Positions 47,818-57,621 of a DNA stretch of 64,000 nt are shown here, piece after piece. Position 1 is the first letter of the stretch. Each line of letters starts with the position of its first letter. The notes beneath the pieces are model-generated. The model saw nothing but the letters and a program-made list of their open reading frames with translations, did no database searches and was not told the origin of the DNA. This DNA comes from Hyphomicrobiales bacterium (lineage in GTDB: Bacteria; Pseudomonadota; Alphaproteobacteria; Rhizobiales; Rhizobiaceae): assembly GCA_002400845.2 (NCBI GenBank), contig NVRK02000108.1, positions 33 to 64,032 on the forward strand, in the 5' to 3' direction. Made by a program: the position numbers and the translations under genes.

Positions 47818-49278
47818 TTAAGCTTTTTCGACTAATGACTTTCGCTCAAAAGTTTTACTCAACGAACTCACCAACTTAGCGAATCCCAAACCATTTGAAG
47901 CTTTTAACATGACGACATCACCTGAACGCAAGTTTTTAACCAAGGCGGCTTTGGCTTTTTCCCATGTTGTATAATGTCCAACATGCTTTTTACCATCAAT
48001 TTCGTCAGCCAAAACGCCAATGAGCTTACCAACCGTATAAACCCTATCAACTTCGGCATCTTGAATATTTACAGCCAATTCGCGGTGTAGTTTTTCAGAG
48101 CTTTCACCCAATTCTAGCATATCGCCCAAGACCGCAATGCGCTTGCCTCTAGCACCCGGCTTCGCTGATTTCAAAACTTCCAAAGCCGCTTTCATAGAGG
48201 CTGGATTAGCATTATAACTTTCATCAATTAGCGTAAAGTTACCATGTTTATTTTTTAAATAGTGACGTTTGCCGCGACCTGCTTCTGGCTCAATCGTAGC
48301 GATAGCCTCAATGGTTTTTTCCATGTCAGCACCAGCCAAACTTGCAATGCCCAAAACAGCCAGCGCATTTTTTGCCAAATGTTTTCCGGCTGCATTAAGC
48401 CTCACGTTTAATTCTTTGCCAGCAATACGCGCAATAATGGAAGAACCATCGGCTTGATATTCAGCAGATTTCATCCAAAAATCAGAACCACGCTTTTCGC
48501 CGAAAGTTCGTAAATGCTCAATACCAGCTTTGCTTGCTAATTTGGTCAAAATAGAAGTGCGGCTATCGTCTTTATTTATCAAAGCATAACCGCCCTCAAC
48601 CACACCCTCAAAAATTTCGGCCTTAGCTTTTGCGATATCATCAAGGTTTTTAAAAGCACCCAAATGCGCCGCCGCCACATTGTTAATCATAGCAATGTGC
48701 GGACGAACCATTTTCACCAACGGTCTAATTTCGTCTGGATGGTTCATACCAATTTCAAAAATACCAAACCGTGTATCTTGCGGCATACGCGCCAAAGTTA
48801 AAGGCACACCCCAATGGTTATTAAACGAAGCAACCGAAGCATGCACGCTACCAGATGCACTGAGCGCGGTTCTAAGCATTTCTTTGGTTGTGGTTTTCCC
48901 AACACTACCAGTAACGGCAATAATTTGTGCCTTTGTTCTAGCACGCGCCGCCTCACCCAAATTGCGCATTGCTTCTAAAACATCACGCACAACAATCATT
49001 GGCCCAGTGATATGACCAAGCGCGACCAGTTTCTCTTCAGCAACAATAGCAATACCAGCACCAGCGCTCATGGCAGCAGAAACAAATTTATGTCCATCAT
49101 GCACATCGCCTTTAATGGCAAAATATGCCTCACCTTTTTTCAAAGTACGCGTATCAATAGAGATGCCAGTTATTCCTTCAGGCATGTTACCAACCGGTCG
49201 CCCATTGATAGAAGCAACAAGCGCATCACTCTCCCACAACAACACAGTACCTAAGTCTGTAGAAACAGTATTCTCCAT
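47818..49278 (-). CDS. murF: UDP-N-acetylmuramoyl-tripeptide--D-alanyl-D-alanine ligase
   Basis: 486 aa. VTGSVGKTTTKEM, DESYNANP. Confidence 0.95.
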   Translation of the reverse strand: MENTVSTDLGTVLLWESDALVASINGRPVGNMPEGITGISIDTRTLKKGEAYFAIKGDVHDGHKFVSAAMSAGAGIAIVAEEKLVALGHITGPMIVVRDVLEAMRNLGEAARARTKAQIIAVTGSVGKTTTKEMLRTALSASGSVHASVASFNNHWGVPLTLARMPQDTRFGIFEIGMNHPDEIRPLVKMVRPHIAMINNVAAAHLGAFKNLDDIAKAKAEIFEGVVEGGYALINKDDSRTSILTKLASKAGIEHLRTFGEKRGSDFWMKSAEYQADGSSIIARIAGKELNVRLNAAGKHLAKNALAVLGIASLAGADMEKTIEAIATIEPEAGRGKRHYLKNKHGNFTLIDESYNANPASMKAALEVLKSAKPGARGKRIAVLGDMLELGESSEKLHRELAVNIQDAEVDRVYTVGKLIGVLADEIDGKKHVGHYTTWEKAKAALVKNLRSGDVVMLKASNGLGFAKLVSSLSKTFERKSLVEKA

Positions 49279-50774
49279 TAAGCGATGCCCTCACCATAGC
49301 TAGAACCACCATTTTCGCTCAAAGCACGGCGAATGACTTCATGGTCAGAGAAAGGTAAAACTTTATCGCCAACAATTTGACCAGGCTCATGCCCTTTACC
49401 AGCCACCACTAAACAGTCACCTTTTTGAAGTTCATTTACACAATGAAAAATTGCATCCTCACGATCACCAATTTCAATTGCACCTACTGCACCAACCATT
49501 ACTTGTCTTCTTATTTCTTCAGCATTTTCTGTCCGCGGATTATCATCAGTTACAATAACAACATCCCCAAGGCGCGTCGCGATCTCTCCCATAATTTCAC
49601 GTTTACCAGCATCGCGATCGCCGCCGCACCCAAATACGCAATAAACTTTTCCAGAGGTAAATGGGCGAAGGGATTGAAGCACATGTTCTAGCGCTTCTGG
49701 CTTATGAGCATAATCAACATAACAAGGCCCTTGATCTTTAGAGTATCCAACCAGTTCTAACCTACCCGGTGCACCCTTTAATTTTTCTAATGCTTTAATT
49801 GCTTGTCCAGCATCTGCGCCTGTTGCAATGGCAAGGCCACAAGCAACCAGCGCATTAGACATCTGAAAATCACCAGCGAGTGGAAACTCTATTCTGTATG
49901 TAACATTTTTATGTTGAATTTCAGCAATCTGTTTGAACCGTTCATGCTCCAAACGTTTTAGACTTAAAAACGCGCCTTTATGACCCGTTGTTAAAACTTC
50001 TAAACCAGCTTCTTTTGCAACTGCTATACATTTGTCAGACCATTCATCATCTGCACAAATTACAGCAGGCGCGCCCTTTGGCAACAACTCGTTAAACAAG
50101 CGCATTTTAGAATTAAAATAATGCTCTACCGTTGAGTGATAGTCCATGTGGTCGCGCCCAAGGTTTATAAACCCACCAGCAGCAAGTTTTACACCATCTA
50201 AGCGATGCTGATCTAGCCCATGCGATGATGCTTCCATAGCACCATGGGTCACGCCCTCATCGTGTAATTCTTTCAACAATTTATGCAGTGAAACAGGATC
50301 AGGCGTGGTCAAGCTACCATAATCATTTCTAGTGGGCGAAACCACACCAGTCGTTCCAATACTTGCAGATGGCTTGCCACATGTCGCCCAAATTTGACGA
50401 ACAAAAGCAGCAATAGACGTTTTACCCGCAGTGCCTGTAACTGCAATCATAGTTTCTGGCTGTGCACCATAATACTTTGCACAGATTAGCGCCAATGCTT
50501 CACGCGGATCATCGAGCGCAATATATGGAATGGTCAGTGCAGACACATCTGCACCCTTATGGGTTAAAATAAAGGATGCACCAGCTTTAACAGCACTTGG
50601 TATATATTTAGCACCATCAACCGCAACACCTTTTAAAGCAGCAAACACAAAGCCAGATTTAACTTCACGCGAATTAGCAGTGATGCCAATGATTTCAACA
50701 CCATCAGCACCCTTGATATTTCCAACGTTTTTATCATCTAACTTTATGATGTCTAACAAAGCATTTAGCTTCAT
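49278..50774 (-). CDS. murE: UDP-N-acetylmuramoyl-L-alanyl-D-glutamate--2,6-diaminopimelate ligase
   Basis: 498 aa. [24 protein letters not shown] (DAP-type motif). Confidence 0.95.
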   Translation of the reverse strand: MKLNALLDIIKLDDKNVGNIKGADGVEIIGITANSREVKSGFVFAALKGVAVDGAKYIPSAVKAGASFILTHKGADVSALTIPYIALDDPREALALICAKYYGAQPETMIAVTGTAGKTSIAAFVRQIWATCGKPSASIGTTGVVSPTRNDYGSLTTPDPVSLHKLLKELHDEGVTHGAMEASSHGLDQHRLDGVKLAAGGFINLGRDHMDYHSTVEHYFNSKMRLFNELLPKGAPAVICADDEWSDKCIAVAKEAGLEVLTTGHKGAFLSLKRLEHERFKQIAEIQHKNVTYRIEFPLAGDFQMSNALVACGLAIATGADAGQAIKALEKLKGAPGRLELVGYSKDQGPCYVDYAHKPEALEHVLQSLRPFTSGKVYCVFGCGGDRDAGKREIMGEIATRLGDVVIVTDDNPRTENAEEIRRQVMVGAVGAIEIGDREDAIFHCVNELQKGDCLVVAGKGHEPGQIVGDKVLPFSDHEVIRRALSENGGSSYGEGIA

Positions 50775-50834
50775 ATAAATCTGCCCTCAATTTTTTCAAC
50801 TCTAATTGATTCTCAATTATCGTTTATACCTGAA

Positions 50835-52565
50835 TTAATATCTAACAGACATGAGTTTTAAATCTGAGCCAAATTGTGGCCGAATGCCCAAAACAGGAGC
50901 AGCACGGCGAATAATGTTAGCTATCATAGGCGCCGCGTTTCTACCAGCCGTCGCACCAATGCCTTTTTCTTCAGGTTTAGGTTCATCAATAAATGTCAAA
51001 ACAACATATTTAGGATCATTAATCGGAAACGCAGCTAAGAAAGTATTAAACCTATGCTTACTAGAATATTTACCATTAATTACTTTTTCCGCAGTTCCCG
51101 TTTTTCCGCCTACCCAATAGCCAGGAACATCAGATCTGCTACCAGATCCTTTTTCAACATTAAGCCTAAACAAATAACGCATCGCATCACTGGTTGATGG
51201 TTTTATGACCTGTTTCGCGATTGCATCTGCTTGAATGCGAGAACGTGGGAAAATTGTCGGCGGAATTAACTTACCACCATTTACAAGCGCCGCCCCAGCA
51301 ACCGCCGTTTGCAGCGGCGTTGTTATTACGCCATGACCATATGAAATTGTTACAGAATTAATTTTCTTCCACTTTTTTGGTTGCGATGGTGTCGCCACTT
51401 CTGGCAATTCCAAATCCATCTTACTCAAAAGACCCATGCGCGTTAAAAATTCTTTGTGTTTTTCAACACCAACAACGCCAGCCATTTTAGCTGTGGCAAT
51501 GTTGGACGAATAAATAAACGCCTCAGGAACTGTAAGGACTTTGCGCTTTGCGTGAAAATCGTTGATGGTAAAACCGCCTACATAAAGCGGCTTAGTTGCA
51601 TCAAATTTACTACGCATAGTAACAAACCCACTGTCTAATGCCATAGCAGTTGTGAAGGATTTAAACGTAGAACCCATTTCAAATAGGCCAGCAGACATGC
51701 GGTTTAAATTCTCTTTTTTCAAAGCATCAGCAGGCGTATTAGGATTGTAATCAGGAAGAGATGCCATGGCGATCACTTCACCCGTATGCACATCTAAAAC
51801 AACAGCACCAGCGGCAATTGCCTTATAGCGCTCCATGGCCTTTTCTAATTCGTCATGTACAAAATGCTGCACCCGTAAATCAATCGACATGCGCACTGGT
51901 TCGTCATTAGCAACACTGCCAAAACCAGCGGCTCTTAAGTCTTTAAGGCCTCTATCATCAATATATTTTTCAACGCCAGCAATACCAACATTATCAATAT
52001 TTACATGCCCAACTAAATGCGAAGCTGTATTTGATTTTGGATAGAAACGTTTTGTTTCTTTTTTAAAGCCAATGCCTGGAATACCCAGCGCTAATATTTG
52101 TGATTGCTGTAGTGGCGTTAACTCACGCTTCAGCCACACAAAAGCTGCCTTGCCAGAAAGACGCTTATGAATTTTTTCATAATTTAAATCAGGTAAAATG
52201 GTCGACAATAATTCAACCACTTCGTCTGCATCAATAATACGTCTTGGTTCACCATATAAAGAGGCTGTGTTAATATCAGTCGCTAACGTAATGCCATTAC
52301 GATCTATTAAATCTGGACGACGCGCAGATATTGTAGGATCTTTAAGAGCCATTCTAACAGTTTCAGACGGGTCCATAAATCCATAAAACATCAACCGCCC
52401 TGCGATAACACAATAAACCAACGCTATGATAATTATGCCAAGCGTTATGCGTGAACGAGATTCTTCAATGGCTGATTTTTTAAGACCATCAATAGCAACA
52501 TAAGCAGCATAATTTTGATTAACGCTGCCCAGCTTTTTCTCTTTTACCCAAGGAAGAAATTTCAT
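50835..52565 (-). CDS. ftsI: Peptidoglycan D,D-transpeptidase FtsI (PBP3)
   Basis: 576 aa. N-terminal TM helix; SxxK as GSTFKSF, SSN, KTGTA. Confidence 0.94.
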   Translation of the reverse strand: MKFLPWVKEKKLGSVNQNYAAYVAIDGLKKSAIEESRSRITLGIIIIALVYCVIAGRLMFYGFMDPSETVRMALKDPTISARRPDLIDRNGITLATDINTASLYGEPRRIIDADEVVELLSTILPDLNYEKIHKRLSGKAAFVWLKRELTPLQQSQILALGIPGIGFKKETKRFYPKSNTASHLVGHVNIDNVGIAGVEKYIDDRGLKDLRAAGFGSVANDEPVRMSIDLRVQHFVHDELEKAMERYKAIAAGAVVLDVHTGEVIAMASLPDYNPNTPADALKKENLNRMSAGLFEMGSTFKSFTTAMALDSGFVTMRSKFDATKPLYVGGFTINDFHAKRKVLTVPEAFIYSSNIATAKMAGVVGVEKHKEFLTRMGLLSKMDLELPEVATPSQPKKWKKINSVTISYGHGVITTPLQTAVAGAALVNGGKLIPPTIFPRSRIQADAIAKQVIKPSTSDAMRYLFRLNVEKGSGSRSDVPGYWVGGKTGTAEKVINGKYSSKHRFNTFLAAFPINDPKYVVLTFIDEPKPEEKGIGATAGRNAAPMIANIIRRAAPVLGIRPQFGSDLKLMSVRY

Positions 52566-52960
52566 TATCGAGCACCTTCGCTTGAACGACCAGCGCCAAC
52601 ACTGCCGGTAGAAATTGTTCTATCTGGATCAATCAAATCAGCAATACTTGTATCGGGCAATATTTTCGGGATTAGAATTTTGACTGGAACTTGTTCCAAG
52701 CCACCAATATTTTCTGATTTCAAAATTTCAAGTTTTAGCTCGTCACGGTATTTTTCTACCAATATTTCTAAACGCTTTGGGCTAACCTGCAATGCCCAAT
52801 CCGCTTTTAAAATATCAATCAATTCTTGTTCTTTTTTAATTTTGCGTTCAAGTTTTACTACGCGTTCAATCGCAACCTCAGAATCATGTTTAATTTTATA
52901 AGTAAAAGCTGCCCCAGCGAGCAGCAATCCAATAAAAAGAATATCCAGAGGTCTAAACAC
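52565..52960 (-). CDS. ftsL: Cell division protein FtsL (alphaproteobacterial type)
   Basis: 131 aa, GTG start. Single TM helix LDILFIGLLLAGAAFTY followed by a coiled coil. Position between rsmH and ftsI. Confidence 0.8.
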   Translation of the reverse strand: MFRPLDILFIGLLLAGAAFTYKIKHDSEVAIERVVKLERKIKKEQELIDILKADWALQVSPKRLEILVEKYRDELKLEILKSENIGGLEQVPVKILIPKILPDTSIADLIDPDRTISTGSVGAGRSSEGAR

Positions 52961-52965
52961 GATGA

Positions 52966-53997
52966 TTAACTTTCCATAAGCTTGAGATTAGGAAGACCGA
53001 AAATACTAAGATCCTTCTTGCGCGGAGCAACATCACTACGAACGCCCCAACGTAATTTGGCAGACCTTGAACGCGGATTAATTTCGCACTCTTCTTTAGA
53101 GGCCGTAACTGCACCACGTTTTATTTGAGAAAAATTAGGCTTTGCAATTGTAATTTCTGGCAAATGCCTAGACCCACCAGAACCACCTGTTCTATCGGCA
53201 AAAAACTTTTTCACAATCCGGTCTTCTAATGAATGAAAAGTAACCACCACCAGTCGACCACCAGGCTTGAGCGCATTTTCGGCCGCTAGCAGCGCATCGC
53301 ATAATTCTTGCAACTCTTGATTCACAAAAATTCGAAACCCTTGAAAACTACGCGTCGCTGGATGGATTCTATCGGTTGGACGACGCCCAATGGTTTTTTC
53401 AATCAAAGTTGCTAATTGCAAAGTTGATGTGAAAGTTTGTGACAAACGCGCATCAATAATTGCTCTAGAAATACGACTGGCTTTTTTCTCTTCGCCCAAA
53501 ATACCAATCACGCGCGTTAGCGTAGAATGATCTGCATTGTTTACAACATCAGCCGCACTCACACCAGATTGCGCCATGCGCATGTCTAACGGCCCATCTT
53601 TTTGAAATGAAAACCCACGCTCTGCTTGATCTAACTGCATGGAAGAAACGCCAATGTCTAAAACGACACCATCTAGCTTCTCACTACTTGCCTCTAAAGC
53701 AATGTCATCTAAATTCGAAAAACGACCATGAACCAGCGATAGTTTACCCTCTGATTTTGCAACCAAAGCCTGACCAATTTCAATTGCATCAGGGTCGCGG
53801 TCTATCGCAATAACATTAGCGCCCTTACCCAATATGGCAGATGTATATCCACCAGCACCAAAGGTGCCATCTAAATGGGTTTCCCCGGAAGTTGGGCTTA
53901 AACTAGCCAGAACCTCGTTGAGCATAACAGGAATATGAGCCACGGGTCCGCCGACAGCATCTACGTTATCAGTTACGTTTGAACCATCTTTACTCAT
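52966..53997 (-). CDS. rsmH: 16S rRNA (cytosine1402-N4)-methyltransferase
   Basis: 343 aa. [40 protein letters not shown]. Confidence 0.96.
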   Translation of the reverse strand: MSKDGSNVTDNVDAVGGPVAHIPVMLNEVLASLSPTSGETHLDGTFGAGGYTSAILGKGANVIAIDRDPDAIEIGQALVAKSEGKLSLVHGRFSNLDDIALEASSEKLDGVVLDIGVSSMQLDQAERGFSFQKDGPLDMRMAQSGVSAADVVNNADHSTLTRVIGILGEEKKASRISRAIIDARLSQTFTSTLQLATLIEKTIGRRPTDRIHPATRSFQGFRIFVNQELQELCDALLAAENALKPGGRLVVVTFHSLEDRIVKKFFADRTGGSGGSRHLPEITIAKPNFSQIKRGAVTASKEECEINPRSRSAKLRWGVRSDVAPRKKDLSIFGLPNLKLMES

Positions 53998-54473
53998 ACT
54001 TCTTGCTCTCCCGGTGCATAATCCGAACTCCCGGAGGAAATTGTTTTTTGCTTACGCATTTGATTAATTTGTGCACGCGCTTCTTTGCGATAGTCTTTAA
54101 AGTTCTTTGGCGTCCACAGCTGGAAGAAATTACCCCTACCCACAAATGCAACTTCGTCAGTAATGCCAGTATGCTCTCTAATAATGTCTGAAATGATAAT
54201 ACGACCTTCGCTATCAATCTTTATTTCATCAGCATCACCCAGCAGATAAAAAGACCAATATTCATATTCTTTAGAAAATGGATCCATTTTTTCTAAGCGT
54301 TTGTAATTCGCGTCCATAAACTGCGAACCACCCGCTTCGGCAACTTGATGTTCAGAATTTAAAATAACATGCAAAATGGACTGACCTTGCAAGATTGTGC
54401 GGAAAGGCGCTGGTATCGAAACCCGCCCTTTTTTATCAACCTTATTGATCGTATTCGATACGAAACGACCCAT
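53994..54473 (-). CDS. mraZ: Transcriptional regulator MraZ
   Basis: 159 aa. Two SpoVT/AbrB-like halves with DxxGR motifs ([20 protein letters not shown]). First gene of the dcw cluster. Confidence 0.95.
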   Translation of the reverse strand: MGRFVSNTINKVDKKGRVSIPAPFRTILQGQSILHVILNSEHQVAEAGGSQFMDANYKRLEKMDPFSKEYEYWSFYLLGDADEIKIDSEGRIIISDIIREHTGITDEVAFVGRGNFFQLWTPKNFKDYRKEARAQINQMRKQKTISSGSSDYAPGEQEV

Positions 54474-54587
54474 TCAAAGCCTCACAATCCTAAATTAGCT
54501 AGCCCACCCAGCCCGCAATTTTGGCAACCCTGCCCACTTAAATTTGCGTCTCATAAAATTCGAATTGAATCAAAATATATGATGATT

Positions 54588-54631
54588 TGGGATATCATGG
54601 GACAATTTGGGCGTCAATGGGATCTTAAGGG
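54588..54631. promoter_or_regulatory. Five TGGG-type direct repeats at exact 10-bp phasing (candidate MraZ operator in the dcw promoter region)
   Basis: TGGGA 54588, TGGGA 54598, TGGGC 54608, TGGGA 54618, AGGGT 54628 on the plus strand. 115-158 nt upstream of the mraZ ATG. Confidence 0.5.
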
Positions 54632-54773
54632 TTTTCTTACTTTCTAGTAATAATTTAGTAAGTATTGAGCTATTTAGGTTAACGTTTGGTAAAACGCATA
54701 AAATAGACATGCCTAATTTACTTAAACCCCATAACCAATCTATAGCGCGACACTCTCCAGTTCGACATGAGTC

Positions 54774-54813
54774 AAAGTGACTCATCAAAACAAATGTAAA
54801 AGTGACACATCAA
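54774..54813. repeat. 15-nt direct repeat (1 mismatch, 25-nt period) upstream of dgkA
   Basis: aaagtgactcatcaa (54774-54788) and aaagtgacacatcaa (54799-54813). The first copy overlaps the inverted repeat atgagtca-aag-tgactcat (54767-54785). Confidence 0.6.
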
Positions 54814-54872
54814 TGAGAATCCAGTATGAAACTCTATTAAGAACCAATTGTTGATTTTTTACGGGAATTAAA

Positions 54873-55253
54873 ATGAGCCAAGAACCACATAAATTGGATA
54901 AAAAAACAGGCGTTGCACATTTTTTTGCAGCAGCTCAATATTCATGGGCTGGCTTACGATACATGACTGGCGAAGTACCCTTTCGCCATGAGCTATCGGC
55001 TACAATCACCTTGCTCGCAATTTTATTTTGGCAAAGCGCTGACCCATTTCACATCTTACTAACATTTGCACTCTGTTTGATTACAATCGCATTTGAAGCA
55101 GTTAATTCTGCAATAGAATTAATTGTAGACCGCGTTTCACCAGAATATTCAAAGTTTGCTAAAAACGCGAAAGACGTTGGCTCTTTTGCAGTTTGCACCC
55201 TTATGATTGCGACGGGCGCATGCTTTGCATTCGCGCTTTATGCTACTGTTTGA
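54873..55253 (+). CDS. dgkA: Diacylglycerol kinase (prokaryotic DgkA family)
   Basis: 126 aa, three TM helices. FFAAAQYSWAGLRY...FRHEL, AFEAVNSAIELIVD. Confidence 0.9.
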   Translation: MSQEPHKLDKKTGVAHFFAAAQYSWAGLRYMTGEVPFRHELSATITLLAILFWQSADPFHILLTFALCLITIAFEAVNSAIELIVDRVSPEYSKFAKNAKDVGSFAVCTLMIATGACFAFALYATV

Positions 55254-55274
55254 AATACAGTCTGAGAAAGTAAA

Positions 55275-55703
55275 AATGCCAGCCGGTCTATAAGCCGGGT
55301 TTTGTAAGGCTTTAAATCAACCCAAAAGGATTAGTTCAAAACGCGGTGATCATTCATCTGGGATATTTGTTACCAAACACCTCAGCGCAACCCACCCGAA
55401 CAACTAGCCTGAAAATGGGCTCACTGAAATTGCTTCCAGCACGTTATTCCTATTCGGTTTTGCTCCCGATGGGGTTTACCATGCCACAAACATTGCTGCT
55501 TGCGCGGTGAGCTCTTACCTCACCTTTTCACCCTTACCGTATAAATACGGCGGTATATTTTCTGTTGCACTTTCCCTTGGGTTGGCGAGCGAACCCGTTT
55601 CCCCAGCCGGATGTTATCCGGCATCGTATTTCCATGGAGCCCGGACTTTCCTCCGCTACAGCCTTTCGGCTCTTATAGCAGCAATCACCCGACCAGCTGG
55701 CAA
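55275..55703 (-). ncRNA. rnpB: RNase P RNA, bacterial type A
   Basis: Minus strand contains GGAGGAAAGTCCGGGCTCCATGGAAA (complement of 55629-55656), the P4 hallmark. P1 pairing is GCCAGCTGGTC (55691-55701 complement) with GACCGGCTGGC (55278-55288 complement). Also GGTAAGGGTGAAAAGGTGAGGTAAGAGCTCACC. Ends within a few nt. Confidence 0.92.
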
Positions 55704-55780
55704 GCGCCACATAAAACGCATTCCCCCCCCACGTCAATCTAAGAATTAATTTTAGTCCGCAAAGTCTATTATCATTTTAG

Positions 55781-55816
55781 CCCAATTTATGCTTAACTCC
55801 CAATTTATACTTAACC
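55781..55816. repeat. Tandem 18-mer x2 (2 mismatches) between rnpB and the esterase gene
   Basis: cccaatttatgcttaact (55781-55798) cccaatttatacttaacc (55799-55816), followed by a partial aatgcttaagc. Confidence 0.8.
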
Positions 55817-55885
55817 AATGCTTAAGCTGAATACTCGATACTAGCCAGAGAACGATTTTAATAAGTAACTATAACGGTTTTAGTG

Positions 55886-56707
55886 ATGCAAAAAACATTT
55901 AGCAGACGTGACGCAATCAAATTATCCACTATTGGCCTAGCTGGACTTACAAGCCCTGCTCTGCTTACAAATGCCGCACAAGCTAAAACCTATAAAGGCG
56001 TCAACTTCGGCAGCAATAAGCTGGACATTTACAAACCTGCAAATGCTCAAAACGCGCCTATCATAATATTCGTTCATGGCGGCGCATGGAAAGCAGGCAG
56101 TAAGGGAAGTGTTGGCGCGAAAGCCTCGCATTTCACATCACGTGGCTATGTATTTATCTCGGTAGGTTATACGCTTTACCCAAGAGCAAACGCCGAACGC
56201 CAAGCGTTACAAGTTGCACAAGCCGTCAATTGGGTCGCCCATAATGCACCAGCTTTAGGCGGCAATGCAAACCGCATTGCACTCATGGGCCATTCTGCCG
56301 GTTGCCACCTAGCTTCTTTAGCCTCGTTAAGTGGCGCAACAACTAAGGTGCGTTCACTCGTCTGCAATGACACAGGCGCCTACGATCTACCCTTTTTAGC
56401 CAAGCTAAGCGGTGGCAGATTACCAATTCTATTTTCAGCGTTAAACCGCAAAGAAAATTGGCGCACATGGTCGCCAATCAGCTACGTTCATAACAAACAG
56501 CAACCACCAGCTTTAGTGCTATGGTCTGGGGGCACAAAGCGCCCCAAGATCAGTGCTAATTTCGCCAACGCATTAGAAAATGCTGGCAATTCCGTTACCC
56601 GTTTTAATGGCAGTGATTATAACCACTTGTCCATAAATTCAGCCATGGGCAAACATGGCAGGTCAGTAACCAGAGCGGTTGATCGGCATTTAGCCAATAC
56701 GCTTTAG
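55886..56707 (+). CDS. Alpha/beta hydrolase (esterase/lipase-like) with a twin-arginine signal
   Basis: Tat-like MQKTFSRRDAIKLSTIGLAGL...AAQA; oxyanion-hole HGGAW; nucleophile elbow GHSAG. Confidence 0.85.
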   Translation: MQKTFSRRDAIKLSTIGLAGLTSPALLTNAAQAKTYKGVNFGSNKLDIYKPANAQNAPIIIFVHGGAWKAGSKGSVGAKASHFTSRGYVFISVGYTLYPRANAERQALQVAQAVNWVAHNAPALGGNANRIALMGHSAGCHLASLASLSGATTKVRSLVCNDTGAYDLPFLAKLSGGRLPILFSALNRKENWRTWSPISYVHNKQQPPALVLWSGGTKRPKISANFANALENAGNSVTRFNGSDYNHLSINSAMGKHGRSVTRAVDRHLANTL

Positions 56708-57477
56708 ATAATGCGCTTAACTTTTCTGCAATAGTTGGCACTTATGCGGTTCATACGTTTAGCACCATGCCCAGCATTATATTTTAAGATTGCACCACAA
56801 GTCGTGCCGCCGCCTAATTTGTAAGCTTTGCCTAAATACTTCATACCATATTTAATATTAGTTTCAGGGTTATAGAGCGCTTTTGCAGAGCCTTTATAAC
56901 CAATGCCTCTTGCAGTGGCTAAGCGCAATTGCATAAGCCCAATTTCACCAACACCACCTCTAGCATTCGCGCGAAAATTACTTTCTACTTGCACAACTGC
57001 ATGTGCCAATCTAACCGGAACACCATATGCTTGAGCATATTTGGTAATCAACGCTGTATAACGGGCTCTGCCTTTACCTTTTAATTTTTGTGGCTTTCTT
57101 GAAACTGCAACAACTTTTTTAATAACTTTTTTAGTTGTCTTTTTGGTGGATTTTTTAGTTACCTTTTTAGCAGCAAGCTTTTGCACCTTTGCAATTTTTT
57201 GTTTGTGTTCTGCTTGTCGTTTAGCAACACGTTCTTTCCACTTTTGCTGCCATTCCAATGCTTTATTTCCAGCAGTTTTAGACGTACTAATTTTTTGAGT
57301 TTTCACAAATGCATTTATATGAGTAAGCTCGTCAACTTCCAACTCTATTATAGTGTCACTTGAAACAAGCGCGTTAGAAGACACTAAATCATTTTGTGAT
57401 AAACTTGACTGCGTACAACCTTGCAACACAAACGCAAGTACCATTGGCAAGCCAATGTTCAATAATATTTTTTTCAC
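56704..57477 (-). CDS. Lytic transglycosylase (SLT domain) lipoprotein with a Lys-rich linker
   Basis: 257 aa, GTG start. Lipobox VLQGC. Linker KKVTKKSTKKTTKKVIKK. SLT catalytic region VQVESNF...GEIGLMQL. Confidence 0.85.
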   Translation of the reverse strand: MKKILLNIGLPMVLAFVLQGCTQSSLSQNDLVSSNALVSSDTIIELEVDELTHINAFVKTQKISTSKTAGNKALEWQQKWKERVAKRQAEHKQKIAKVQKLAAKKVTKKSTKKTTKKVIKKVVAVSRKPQKLKGKGRARYTALITKYAQAYGVPVRLAHAVVQVESNFRANARGGVGEIGLMQLRLATARGIGYKGSAKALYNPETNIKYGMKYLGKAYKLGGGTTCGAILKYNAGHGAKRMNRISANYCRKVKRII

Positions 57478-57621
57478 GGTGGGAGGCCCTTAAAAAATTT
57501 CTGTTCGTTCGCCTTTTGGCGTTGTTCTTTTTGCGTCTTTTAGCGACAAAAATATGTTCGACAAGTAAAATTAAATTACAAACGTAAGATATGTAATCTT
57601 AGCAACGCCTTAAAGGCCTTA

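Noticed and set aside
54369-54788. Track ORFs 54369-54647 (+) and 54570-54788 (-) in the mraZ/dgkA intergenic region
   Set aside because: Neither has an RBS or any recognisable protein features. One overlaps the mraZ 5' end, and the region is better explained as a divergent promoter/operator region.
55507-55749. Two overlapping ORFs (80 aa plus strand, 67 aa minus strand)
   Set aside because: Both lie within the RNase P RNA gene, which explains the region through the conserved P4 sequence and P1 pairing.
55761-55772. aaagtctattat is shared with the left arm region of the amtB inverted repeat (20184-20195)
   Set aside because: An exact 12-mer match between two AT-rich intergenic regions is well within chance expectation (hundreds expected in 64 kb).
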